Below, piece by piece: positions 38,600 through 50,365 of a stretch of DNA of 64,000 nucleotides. Below the pieces are notes generated by a model. The model did no database searches. It was not told the origin of the DNA and saw only the letters and a program-made list of their open reading frames with translations. The translations under genes were made by a program, and so were the position numbers. Numbering within the stretch: the first letter of the stretch is position 1; the number at the start of each line of letters is the position of its first letter. The stretch covers positions 80,753,113 to 80,817,112 of the forward strand of contig NC_068988.1 of NCBI RefSeq assembly GCF_001194135.2. The letters are read 5' to 3'. This DNA is from Octopus bimaculoides (taxonomy: Eukaryota).

Positions 38600-39320
38600 T
38601 TTTATGGTTGAAGCCTACACTCTTTTGGCTGTCTCCACACGTATACTTGGCCGGTGGTCAGAAATAAGGTAAAGGATGACTCGTCCAAGAAAATAACATT
38701 CTTCCACTGCTCTAGGGACCAATTCTGTAGGTTTCTACTCCACATTAAATGCTTTGCAACATTTGTTTTTGAAAGTAGTGGTTTTCTGATTGCAACACTC
38801 CTAAGAAATCCGGCTTTGTGCAGCTCCCAGCAAACAGCTTTTTGTGGAAACTGGGTTCTCGAGGTGGTCATTAAGTTCTGCAGTAATTTTGGGAGCTGTA
38901 CTGTTGTGATCCTTTCTATCAATTTGTACAAGAGTCCGACGGTTCTTATCTGAAAGTTTTGGTTTTCTTCCAGAGTTTTGTTTTGACGAGGAGGTTTTTC
39001 CCTCTTTCTCAAAGGCTGTCATTACTTTCGAGACCGTACTTCTTGATACATCAAACATTTTGGCTGTTTTCGTTACGCTAGCGCCTGCCATACCAACAAT
39101 TTGACCTCTTTGAAAGTCTAATAGATCTGTCATTTTAATGAATTTTAATTACTTTTTTCTGATAATATCTGAAAAGAAACAGCAGTTTTAGCAAAACATT
39201 AAGCAACACTAATATTAAATCAAAAAACATAAAGATAAACATGTTTTTGACAGTTTTATAGATATTTCAAAATTATGATGCTATGATGCTAGGTGTTTCC
39301 ATTATTTTGTCCAACACCTG
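38600..39320 (-). mobile_element. Tc1-like transposon, 5' half (3' truncated)
   Basis: TIR CAGGTGTTGGACAAAATAATGGAAACACC preceded by TA (39321-39322); DLLDFQRGQIVG..SRSTVSKV..SGRKPKLS; RKPLLSKTNVAKHLMW..WKNVIFLDESSF. Confidence 0.93.
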
Positions 39321-39429
39321 TATATTGTATTTCGGGATGGTATTTTTTTTTTTTTAGCCAAATAAACACACACTCTATATATTCGTTCTTCACTCGTTTA
39401 TTATTGTTCTTATTTTAACTCATGTCCAT

Positions 39430-39474
39430 TGTCCAGAAATCTTTCATCACACATCTGTAACCTCTTCAGTGACA
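39430..39474 (-). ncRNA. Minimal type I hammerhead-like motif at the PLE 3' end (copy A)
   Basis: UGUCA-CUGAAGA-G-GUUAC(AGAUGU)GUGAU-GAAA-GAUUUC-UG(G)ACA. Confidence 0.55.
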
Positions 39475-40624
39475 CTTTTCATCTTCGTGTGTGCTCTTGC
39501 TCCCCTTACTCCATTTTGCACTTCTATGATGTATATCCTTATGTGCACATGCATTTTCATCCATATTTGTGTGTGTGTGTCATTGTTCTTAGCAGCAGTA
39601 TGGCCTTCCTCTCACCCCATTGTGCTGCTGCTGTCCTAAGACCCGAAAATTTGGTACAGTTCCTGTATCTCTCTGTGTTAGTGTGTTCGTCCATGGTATT
39701 GCCATTGTGGTAGTTGTTGTTGTTGTTATTGCCACCGTTGTCACCACCGCTGCTGTTATCATTGTTAGTTGTGTTGTTGATATTATTGCAGCCATCTGTG
39801 AAGTTATCTTGTGTGTGTTTGTGTGTGTATATGAGTTTGCTTCTTATGTTGCTTGTATTTATACCCTTTATATAGATTTATTTATTTATCTATTATCTAT
39901 CTCTATTTCTTATATTTGTCACAGGAATGTGACAAATATATTTATTTATTTTTATATATTTATCTACCTCTGTTTCTTATATGTATCACAAGTAAGTGCA
40001 TATATGTCTATTGCGTGTGTATTACCCTGTTTGTATCTATGTTTTATTTATCATCTTCTTTACCTCTCACTTCTCCTCTCTTCTGTCTTTAGTCATGTGG
40101 TGTGGTGTGGTGTGGTGTGGTGGTGGGTGTTATTGTTCCATTCGTGTTTTCTGTCTACTGCTATGTGTGTAGCCTCTGTGAGCTGTCTTAGTGTCGTGTT
40201 AGTTCTATGCATTGATAACACTTTAACCTCTATGCTATTAATTGATCCTCCATGTTCTGCCTGAGCATGTTGGTAGAGCACTGATGAGCCTTTCTCTTCT
40301 TTGTGCTCTCGCCAGTATTACACCTATACGCTCTCCTATGCTGCATGCAGTCTCTGCAATGTAGGTAGTTGTCATATTTCTGCACCATCCCTCAGTACAT
40401 CGTAAGCTATACACTATGTTCCTAACTTTACAGTTAACCCGTGAGTTCATCCTACATTCAACACAATTGTTCTCCATACATGGGGACTTATCAAAGGTGT
40501 AGGTTCTACAGATCAGGGATTTTGTAGGAGCACCAGGCCTTTCTACTACTTTAATCTGTAGATTAGCCTTACTTAATGTTTTCCTAAAAGGGTATGTTAG
40601 TTTGCTGCCAGGGGTAGCATCAAC

Positions 40625-40858
40625 TATGATGCTATGATGCTAGGTGTTTCCATTATTTTGTCCAACCCCTGTATATTGTTGTATTTCGGGATGGTTATTT
40701 TTTTTTTTTTTAACCAAATAAACAACACACTCTATATATTTGTTCTTCACTCGTTTATTACTGTTTTTATTTTAATTCATGTCCATTGTCCAGAAATCTT
40801 TCATCACACATCTGTAACCTCTTCAGTGACACTTTTCGTCTTCATGTGTGCTCTTGCT
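40625..40858. repeat. ~230-bp direct duplicate of 39274-39501 inserted in the Naiad-like ORF
   Basis: Same orientation, about a dozen differences; contains the Tc1 TIR end and a second hammerhead-like motif (40787-40831, minus strand). Confidence 0.93.
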
Positions 40859-42581
40859 GTCATACCAAGAGTTGGTCTTATCTATTTTGGTCCTTTCTGT
40901 GATGTTCTAGGATTTACTCCTGTACAGCGGGCAGATCCTCTTAGCATCACACTTTATGATGGCTTTGTACTTAGTTCTCATTACTTTGTACACTCTAATC
41001 CTGTCCTTTTGATTGTGGCCAGAGAACTGCATGCGGTGGATGAAGTGTTGTATGTCTTCCCAATTCCATAGGGTCACACATGTGAAAAACATTCTTCATC
41101 ACTCTCACCAAGCCATCTATAAGAATGTTGAACTTGGCATTGTCTGCAATAGCTGCATTCTTGTGAACAAGGTACTTAGAGGCCATAGGTTTGGCATATT
41201 GAGAGTGAAGGATCTGGACCTTACCGTTCTTCATTTCTAGCCAAAGCTCTGTATCTTAAATGGGTAACCTATAGTTAAGGTGCTTACTAGGGTAGTCTAT
41301 CCTTATTTCAATATTCTGGTGGATGGAGTTCGCTATTAGTTGGATGTTCTCCATAGTGTTAGCTTCTGGATCATCAATGTTGTCTTGTAGGGGTGCTTTG
41401 GCTACTATGTTGATGTCATCCACATAGCGGGTGTACATGGTTAGGTTTATGGAATTCTCTGCTAATTTCTCTTTAAGTCTCCTATCCCACCATACCATAA
41501 ATATGTTAGACACATAGCCAGTGATACTGAACCGATGTCTGCACCTTCCTCATGGGCATATATCTTATTATTAAACTTAAACATATGATCCTTGTGTGTG
41601 GTCTTGGTACTCGCACCCACCTCATGTGCGACCATCTTTTTAACTTGATCATTGTTTTCGGGGGTCCATATAACTCTGGTCCATCAATTCCATCTCTCTT
41701 TAGGGGTCTTCTTGGTCATAGAAGTTATGGTAGGGGGTCTACCTGTTATCAATCTAGTGGGGCAGAAACAACTAAGGCCATGTTTATCTAAGTAATCGTT
41801 GTCGCAGGTCAGTCTCAAGAGGAGGCCAAGTTCTTCTGTGTCAATACCATGAAACTCCATATCGCTCTTGCTGATCACCTCCACACATTTTTTCTCACCA
41901 AAATCAACATCAGTGGATGGGTATAGGGACACTACATCCATACTGCCTATTATGCATTCTGTCAGGTCATATGCATGGTTGCACTCATTGATTCTGCTGA
42001 GGAGGTCCTCTGTGCTGAGACATACATCTGGAGACATTCTTATCAGAGGGTGTATAATCATAGAGTGGAAGTAGTAGATCCAGTAGTTGTTGGCAACATT
42101 GGCTCCACAGACCAGTCACGTCAGTGGTCATCTTATGGTCCTTGTGCAGTCCATACAGTGATGGGATGTTGTTATTAGTGACCTGGAAGTTGTTGGCCAT
42201 GGACTTCTTTGCCCTTGGATGTTTAACCACATCATCATATGAGCATTTAGGATCTTCTCTCTCTCCTCATTCTCCCGTATCCTTGTTTCCCTCATATTGA
42301 TGATGTGGGGTTGCATCGCCTGGCTGTAGTTAGGTAGGCTGTCTACCAACATTCATATACTCATTCTTTCTTTCATGTCAGTCATGCACTTGTCCTTCCT
42401 CATATTAACGCTCATTTCTTTTTCTAAGTGAAGGTGGACTTATTTCACACATCTTTAAAAAAGTGGTAATTGTGGACATGAGGTTGATGAGAACACCAGT
42501 TTCAACTTTCTGAGAGATATAAACAAACATGCACTTGTGCACACATGCTGGTGTTTATATACACTCATACATATATACATG

Positions 42582-42627
<46 letters not shown>

Positions 42628-42765
42628 CACACACACACACACAAACACACACATACATTCAGGCATTTATATGCACCTTGGACAAGTGTCTTCTATAGTC
42701 CAGGGCTGACCAAAACCTTGTGAGTAGATTTGGTAGACAGAACCTGAAAGAAGCTTGTTATAAGT

Positions 42766-43165
42766 GCAGGAGTGGCTGTGTGGTAAGTAGCTTGCTTACC
42801 AACCACATGGTTCCGGGTTCAGTCCCACTGCGTGGCACCTTGGGCAGGTGTCTTCGACTATAGCCTTGGGCTGACCAAAGCCTTGTGAGTGGATTTGGTA
42901 GACGGAAACTGAAAGAAGCCCATCGTATATATGTATATGTATATATATGTGTGTGTTTGTGTATCTGTGTTTACGTCCCCCAACATCGCTTGACAACCGA
43001 TTGTGGTGTATTTACATCCCCGTTACTTAGTGGTTTGGCAAAAGAAACCAATAGAATAAGTACTAGGCTTACAAAGAATAAGTCCTGGGGTTGATTTGCT
43101 CGACTAAAAGGCGGTGCTCCAGCATGGCTGCAGTCAAATGACTGAAGCAAGTAAAAGAGTAAAAG
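42766..43165 (+). mobile_element. Full composite SINE family B (tRNA-derived head, (TA/TG)n, second half, gtaaaaga tail)
   Basis: gcaggagtggctgtgtggtaag..ggttccgggttcagtcccactgcg..gaagcccatcg; cccaacatcgcttgacaaccga..aataagtcctggggttgat..gcagtcaaatgactga. Confidence 0.92.
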
Positions 43166-43240
43166 AGTATATTTATGAGTAATAAGTCTGTTTATGTATG
43201 TATATACATACATATGTTTGTGTGTGTATGTGTGTGTGTA

Positions 43241-44501
43241 TTGGGTCATCCTATAAATAATGCGTTTTTTATCAATTGCACGAAGTAAAAGTCGGATGGG
43301 GACAGGATAAACTATCTGCATCAACTTGCAATAAAAGCAGGTAGTAATTTTACCTTTTGCTTATTCTGAGTGGAAGTTTTGAAGAGTGCAGTTCGATTTA
43401 AACAGTTATTTTTCCAAAGCTATAATGGAAGTGACAAAGGAGCATATTCGGCATATTTTGCTTTAGGAGTTCAATAAAGGCAACACCACAACATAAAATG
43501 TGAAGAATATTGATGCAGTATATGGAGATTGGACAATAAGTGTAAGCCAATATCAATGGTAGTTCCAGAAATTCCGAGCCAAAAACTATGGCCTAGAAGA
43601 TCTGTAAGATTTGTAGAGCTCAATAAATATGGAAGATCTGTAGAGCTCAATAAATATGTCCTGCAAACCCTGGTGGAACAAAATCCCATCATAACTGTTG
43701 AGGAACTAGCAGAGAAGTGTGGATTTGGTCATTCAACCATTCATCAACACCTGCATGCCATCAGAAAAGTCAGAAAATTGGGTCAGTGGGTTCCTCACAA
43801 ACTTTCCGAGTCTAATCACACACAGTGAGTGAATGTATGCTCTTCTTTGCTGTCATGCCTCACAAATGAACCTTTGTTTAACCAAATAGTAACTGGTGAT
43901 GAAAAATGGGTTCTCTATAAAAATGTCAAGCACCAAAGACTGTGGGTAGGGAAAGAAGAAACGCTGGCATTCCAGGCTAAAAGTTTTCACCCATGTGTTG
44001 TTATCTCTTTGGTGGGAAATAAAAGGCTTAGTCGACTTTGAACTTTTAAAAGCAAACCAAATGATAGCAAAGGAGATCTATTGCAAGCAGCTTGAGCAGC
44101 TTAAGTCAGGGCTAGAAGAAAAGTGACCATCTTTGGTTTCAGGACAAAAGATGTTTATCCATCAGGATAATACCACATACAGTGAGGATAACATTCCAAA
44201 GGCTAGACATATTCGCCAGACATTGCCCCATCTGATTATCATTTATTCCGCAGTGTTCAAAATCATTTGGACAGAAAAAAATATGAATTCTGTAGACGAC
44301 GTCAAAACAGTACTGGAGGAGTTTTTCCATCACGGACAAGTGAATTTTGGAAGAGGAGCCTTGCAAATCTACCAGATAGATAGAAGGGCAGTGTAGAAAA
44401 TGAAGGAGTGTATATTTTAGATTAAAAAGAACTTGGTTTATCTAAAATATTTAAGAATAAAAGAAGTATAAAAACACCATATTATTTATGGGATGACCCA
44501 A
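43241..44501 (+). mobile_element. Full-length decayed mariner (1261 bp) with TA TSD
   Basis: TIRs TTGGGTCATCCtATAAATAAT / ATTATTTATgGGATGACCCAA flanked by TA; MEVTKEHIRHILL*EF..GQWVPHKL..IVTGDEKWVLY..FIHQDN. Confidence 0.95.
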
Positions 44502-44506
44502 TATAT

Positions 44507-44960
44507 CATCATCATCATTGTTTCACGTTTGTTGTCCATGGTGGCATGGGCTGGTTGGTTTGACTGAGGTCTGGAGAGCCAGTGGCTGCGCCAGGCTCCA
44601 ATCTGATCTGGCAATGTTTCTACAGCTGGATGCCCTTCCTAACGTTAACCATTCCGAGAGTGTAGTGGGTGCTTTTTACACGCCACTGGCACAAGAGTCA
44701 GTCAGGTGGAGCTGGCATTGATCACATTCAGATAGTGCTTTTTACATGCCACCAGCACAGGAACCAGTCAGGGGGCATTGGCATTCGCCATGTTTGGATG
44801 GTGCTTTTTATGTGCCACTGGCACAGGTGTCAGTCAGGCGGCCCTGGCATCGATCATGTTTGGATAGTGCTTTTTATGTGCCACCAGCATGAGAGTCAGT
44901 TGGGGCACTGGCCACAGCTATGATTTTGGCTTTACTTGATTCAACAGGTCTTCTCAATAT
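44507..44960 (+). mobile_element. SINE family A with four ~65-bp internal tandem units
   Basis: Head and core, followed by repeated gtgctttttac(a/g)tgccac..cagtcagg..ggcat units (44660-44905). Confidence 0.85.
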
Positions 44961-44984
44961 GACCCATGGTATCCTCAGTGGTCA

Positions 44985-45390
44985 CAGCCCATGTCTCACT
45001 GCCATGTAGCATAGCCAGTCATTCACAGGCATCATACAATCTGCCTTTCACTCTGAGGAAGAGGCCCTTCGTTATTAACATAGGTATGAGCTCTCTGAAC
45101 TTTGCCCAGCCTATTTTCATTCTAGTAGCTATGCTTTTGTAACAACCTCCTCCACTACTAACTTGGTTACCTAAGTAACAAAAACTGTTTACTACTCCTA
45201 AGGATCCCCACTGACATTTGAGAGAGTCTAGTTTTTGTACATTCCTAGTGTTTAATGTACCTGCACATCTGCCACATGTAAAGACTATTTTCTCTGCTAG
45301 TTTTCGAGTGATAGCACTGCATCTCTTATGTGACCATAGCTTGTACTGAATACACCATATGGAGTTTCTCCTGACACCTTTTCTAAATAT
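44985..45390 (-). mobile_element. RTE-clade LINE RT C-terminal fragment
   Basis: VFTCGRCAG..VVNSFCYLGNQVSSGGGCYKSIATRMKIGWAKFRELIPMLITKGLFLRVKGRLYDAC. Confidence 0.9.
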
Positions 45391-46342
45391 CAAGCAGGGC
45401 TATCTCCGTGTGTGTGTGTATACACACATACGTATACATAATACATATATGCATACCTCAAAATGGGCAAAAGAACGAGGGTAATAAGGATGAAATAAGA
45501 CTGGAGAGTTGGAGAGAATGTCAGGTAGTTGCAGCTAACTGAAACCAGTTAATGTCAGTAATAACTGGTATTTTGATATCTATATGATGACTAGAACTGT
45601 CATTCTAAGTTTTCTCTCCTTATTCACCTTTGGCTAGGTTTAATCAGTAATTAAACAAAAGCTCTAAATGTTCAAACAATGATGTCAGTTATTCCAAAAC
45701 AATCACGTAGTTAAAGTTTAGTTGCAATCAAGGTTCAATATCCAGTTTAGCAATTATATTTCACTAATCTCCAAACAAAAACTTTACCTATTCGACACTG
45801 GTCTCATCACCCGTTAACATAAATACCACTCAGTATCTTGTAATTACTAATTACTCAGCTTAACAAATATTTAATTTATCTCTCAGGTTATTGATCACTG
45901 TTTATATCAATGTAACATCACCAATTAAGAGAGCAGAGATAATAAAGATGTACAGTGTACATGAGGCTTTAATATTAATCAATTTGATGTTTCAATGTTC
46001 ATGGTAGTCAGCTTTGTCTTTCATTCTTCCAACCTCAGTAAAATAAATAAGTGTAATAGGAGTAATGTCTACAGGCTGATTAATTATCCTTTGTGATAAA
46101 GAAATAATTTTATCCCTTGTTGTTGTTGTTGTGCGCATGTGTACACACACACAAGACATTTTGTACAACATCACCACTTCTTTTCTTTCTTAATTTATAT
46201 TATATCTTATAAACAATTGTTTTGTTAGTAACAGGTGCCACTATGAACTGTTCTTGATTCAATATATTTATGTTTCTGAGTGTTAACTGACAGAATAAAC
46301 TTCAGAATCACCAGTTTATCTTGTTGATGTTTACATTTTCAT

Positions 46343-46380
<38 letters not shown>

Positions 46381-46381
<1 letters not shown>

Positions 46382-46900
46382 ATCATCATCATCATCATCA
46401 TCTAATGTCCATTGTCCATGCGGGCATAAGTTGGACTGTTTGATTGGGCTGGCACACCGGAAGGCTGCACCAGACTCCAGTCTGATTTGGCATGGTTTTC
46501 TATAGCCGGATGCCCTTTCTAACGCCAACCACTCTAAGAGTGTCATAGGTGCTTTTACATGCCACTGGCATGACACCAGGCTGCATTTACATGCCACTGG
46601 CATGACACCAGGCTGCATTTACGTGCCACTGGCATGGGTGCCAATTTGCATGAAACCGGTATCTGCCATGACTGTGATTTTGCTCGGCTTGATGGGTCTT
46701 CTTCTCAAGCATGACATAATGCTAAAGGCCTTGGTCATTGCCTCTGTGAGGCCCAACGCTCAAAAAGAACACAGTCACCTTGCCTCTATGAGGCCCAACA
46801 CTCAAAAGGAACTCAGCCACTTTGCCTCCGTGAGGCCCAACATTCAAAAGATGTTCTTTATGTGCCACCAGCATGGGTGCACTTGGCTTGACAGGTCTTC
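46381..46900 (+). mobile_element. SINE family A with internal 32-bp and ~41-bp tandem duplications
   Basis: tttacatgccactggcatgacaccaggctgca x2 (~46554-46617); gcctc(t/c)(g/a)tgaggcccaac..tcaaaa x3 (~46740-46850). Confidence 0.8.
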
Positions 46901-47329
46901 TCATGCTCAAAATGGAAGCTTGCAAATCCTGTTTTTTGACTGAGTAAAAATGATCAAACTTTAAACCTCTATAACTTTAAAAAAAAAATTTTTTCTGGTG
47001 AAAGTGAATTAGTCCCTGAGATTCAGCATGAAAAATTACATCAATACACCAAATTTTAAAATTTCCGTAGGTTCAACCAAACTGAAAAGATCCGATATAT
47101 ATATAATCAGTAGGGATATAATACCACTTGCTAAAATCAGAGCCAAGGCTCCAAAACCACCATAAAATCTGTTTTGTAGAGTGTCCACCCTTCTGATTCT
47201 AAATTTCATTATATTGTGCGTGTAACAGTGTGAACTTGTTGGCCACTTTATTATTACCTTATTGATACCATTAATAATGGTAATAATACATCTTTATTTA
47301 ATATACATACTTATATATATATATATAAC

Positions 47330-47770
47330 AAGTAAAGTTAATCGCCACATTTCTGAACACTATGGCCGGATGGCAGGAATCTGTGTTAATGTAAGACAAC
47401 TTCTTGTTTGGTTTCCTAAAGGGCCTATAGGCACCAGATTCCAGGTCCAGAGTCACGTCAAGAAAATCTACCATTTTCAGATTAGTCTCTATAGTGACCT
47501 ACAGTCCAAGGGAGTTCGTGGTGCTTGTGAGGTCCTTTCTGAGCCTATCTAGTGTGTGGCTGTTAACCCCTCTCTTCCTTAGTTTAGTTGATAGACACTT
47601 TCCCCGTACAAATAGATTCAACAAAATATTTAATAGATATACTCTGAGATTATCCCTTAGCTGCACACTTAGTGTAAAAAAGATTTTAGTAGGTAGGTCC
47701 ATGCCCAAGGCAGAGGCAGGGTGCTCCATGCAGGATCTTGTTTTTAGGAATTCCCAATAAGTTATGAATA
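47330..47770 (-). mobile_element. Penelope-like RT C-terminal fragment (a distinct PLE type)
   Basis: VYLLNIL..; HTLDRLRKDLTSTTNSLGL*VTIETNLKMVDFLDVTLDLESGAYRPFRKPNKKLSYINTDSCHPAIVFRN. Confidence 0.8.
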
Positions 47771-48407
47771 GCCAAATTGTGAAGTTAGTTATGTAAAAAC
47801 ATGAAATTAGTTACCCGATAGTAAGAATTCAAATAAAGTAGCCCTGAAAACGGTTCTAATGTGTACCCAGATCATATAGAACACAGGAGGAAATACTAAT
47901 AAGGTATGTATAGTAAAATCATGAAGTATGTTATGTAATAACAGGCTAATCAGATATGAGATAACAATTCAAAGTAAATAACTCTGAAAAGGGCTTTTGT
48001 GCATTCCCAGAGAATATTACCCTCAGGGGCACCAATGTTGGTATATTCGTGAATAAGTCACTAACTGAAATTAGTGAATCTATTGTTTAGGAAAATATTA
48101 TTTACTTGTTTAAGGATAAATTGCGAAAATAACTTTAACAGTTCAAATACTAAGAAATAAGCATACTCAATTTCATTTTTACCAAATAATTTAGGAAAAT
48201 GAATAGGTTATTTACCTTGGCTATATATAAGGATCCCTTCCAGGGGCCGTATTATCGATTGTTTTTCAACAGTCTGAGTATGTCATGAGGTTTCCAGACA
48301 TGAGTTTTACTCATGTGTCAAGTTTCATCAAAATTGATAAAGCGGTGTAGGAGTTAGCCAACAACTCCACAAACAAACCCACAGACAGAATTTCTCACAT
48401 ATGTAGT

Positions 48408-48463
<56 letters not shown>

Positions 48464-48479
48464 GCAGAACATTGGACTG

Positions 48480-48891
48480 ACTCCTGTGCAGGTGACACAT
48501 AAAAAAACACCATTTGAGCATGGCTGTTGCCAGTACAACCGGACTGGTCCTCGTGCCAGTGGCACGTAAAAAGCACCCACTACACTCTCAGAGTGGTTGG
48601 CATTAAGAAGGGCATCCAGCTGTAGAAACTCTGCCAGATCAGATTGGAGTCTGGTGTAACCATCTGGTTCGCCAGTCCCCAGTCAAATCGTCCAACCCAT
48701 GCTAGCATGGAAAGCAGATGTTAACTGATGATGATGAGGTGTGGCTGTGTGGTAAGAAGATTGCTTCCAAACCATGTGATTCTTGGTACAGTCCCACTGC
48801 ATGGCACCTTGGACAAGTGTCTTCTAATATAGCCTTGGATTGACCAAAGCCTTGTGAGTGAATTTGGTAGAGGGAAACTGAAAGAAACCTG

Positions 48892-48895
<4 letters not shown>
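48480..48895. mobile_element. Family A SINE (minus) joined to a family B SINE head (plus)
   Basis: ..ccaacccatgctagcatggaaagc..tgatgatgatgag followed directly by gtgtggctgtgtggtaag. Confidence 0.85.
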
Positions 48896-48927
<32 letters not shown>

Positions 48928-49283
48928 ATGTGTCTTTGTGTCTGTGTTTGTCCCCCCATCATAGAATAAGTACTGGGTTTAAAAAGGGCTTGGGGTCAAT
49001 TTGTTTAANNNNNNNNNNNNNNNNNNNNNNNNNNNNNNNNNNNNNNNNNNNNNNNNNNNNNNNNNNNNNNNNNNNNNNNNNNNNNNNNNNNNNNNNNNNN
49101 NNNNNNNNNNNNNNNNNNNNNNNNNNNNNNNNNNNNNNNNNNNNNNNNNNNNNNNNNNNNNNNNNNNNNNNNNNNNNNNNNNNNNNNNNNNNNNNNNNNN
49201 NNNNNNNNNNNNNNNNNNNNNNNNNNNNNNNNNNNNNNNNNNNNNNNNNNNNNNNNNNNNNNNNNNNNNNNNNNNNNNNNNNN

Positions 49284-49338
<55 letters not shown>

Positions 49339-49743
49339 ACAGAGCTTCCACATAGTTTCAAGCTACCAAATTTACTCACAAGGTATTGGTCAGCCCAGGA
49401 CTATTGTAGAAGATACTTGCCCAAGGTGCAGTACAGTGGGATTGAACCTGAAACCATGTAGTTGCTAAGTGAGCTTCTCAACCATTCAGCCATGCCTGTT
49501 CTTATAGCAATTAGTAAGGAAAATCTTCCCCGAAATACTTTAGAAGTTTATTTTCTAGACATTAGTTGTAGTCTAACAATTTACAGCTGATTGTTTCACA
49601 AAGTAAAATGTGGTCTTTTGAAATTAAGATTGATATTATATCTATAGAATCTCTGGGGACTTCATAGTTTCAATTCTTATCAATGTGAGACTGTTTTCAT
49701 GTTAGTGGGAGGTCAACATAGCAATGATATTTCTGTTTCATAG

Positions 49744-49872
49744 GATAAATTCCTGAGGCACAGGAATGATGCCTACCTTGGTGCCCAACATAATATGGAA
49801 AAGCTTCACCAAAGAGAAATTAAAAGACAATTTAGCATCTCTAATATATCTGAGAGTACAACAGCAATGTAG
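49744..49872 (+). CDS. Candidate coding exon (possibly the same gene as 36517-36786)
   Basis: Acceptor atttctgtttcatAG; phase-0 frame DKFLRHRNDAYLGAQHNMEKLHQREIKRQFSISNISESTTAM*; a bridging exon would be needed to fix the phase and none was found. Confidence 0.3.
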   Translation, partial: DKFLRHRNDAYLGAQHNMEKLHQREIKRQFSISNISESTTAM

Positions 49873-50188
49873 TAGCAATGCTACTTAAGAATACTTTTAC
49901 CAGCTTCCAGTTCTTAGTAACAGAAAGCATTTGAGCAAAGAGATTGATATCAAGTTACAACTAACGTGTTGCCCTCAGCTTTTACAGATGCTGACCTGGT
50001 GATATTTTGCTAACTTACATATCATATAGATCAAGACTACAACTATTAGAAACTTCTCATAATAAACTGGTTTTGTTTTTTGTTTTTTAAAATTTTTATT
50101 TGGAAGTATGATTTTATTATGATGTATTCCAGAGTTCCATTATCAAATCTTATTTTAGAGACTCATTGTTGCTAACCATAATTCATTT

Positions 50189-50232
<44 letters not shown>

Positions 50233-50321
50233 ATGTGTACATGTGTTTTGCTGTTGTAAATCACTTAAGGATGTTGATAAGTCTATGTATATANNNNNNN
50301 NNNNNNNNNNNNNNNNNNNNN

Positions 50322-50365
<44 letters not shown>

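Larger units (their letters stand above)
39323..42510 (-). mobile_element. Near full-length decayed Naiad-like Penelope-like element (RT, thumb, Zn-knuckle, GIY-YIG, 3' region with hammerhead motif)
   Basis: PSLYGLHKDHK; IIGSMDVVSLYPS; DHMFKFNNKIYAHEEGADIG..ITGYVSNIFMVWWDR..YTRYVDDINI; SGHNQKDRIRVY..CPLYRSKS*; VDATPGSKL..IKVVERPG; CKVRNIVYSLRC..YIAETACSIGERI; SVLYQHAQAEH..LRQLTEATHI. Confidence 0.85.

Noticed and set aside
39620-40264. 214-aa hydrophobic ORF
   Set aside because: Antisense to the PLE 3' region and built from simple repeats.
40280-40520. Selenocysteine recoding, as reported for some Naiad elements
   Set aside because: Cys positions in the knuckle and GIY-YIG region are TGT/TGC, there is no in-frame TGA there, and I could not identify a SECIS.
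42766-42850. tRNA genes
   Set aside because: The tRNA-like A/B-box sequences are SINE heads continuing into SINE bodies; no complete cloverleaf.
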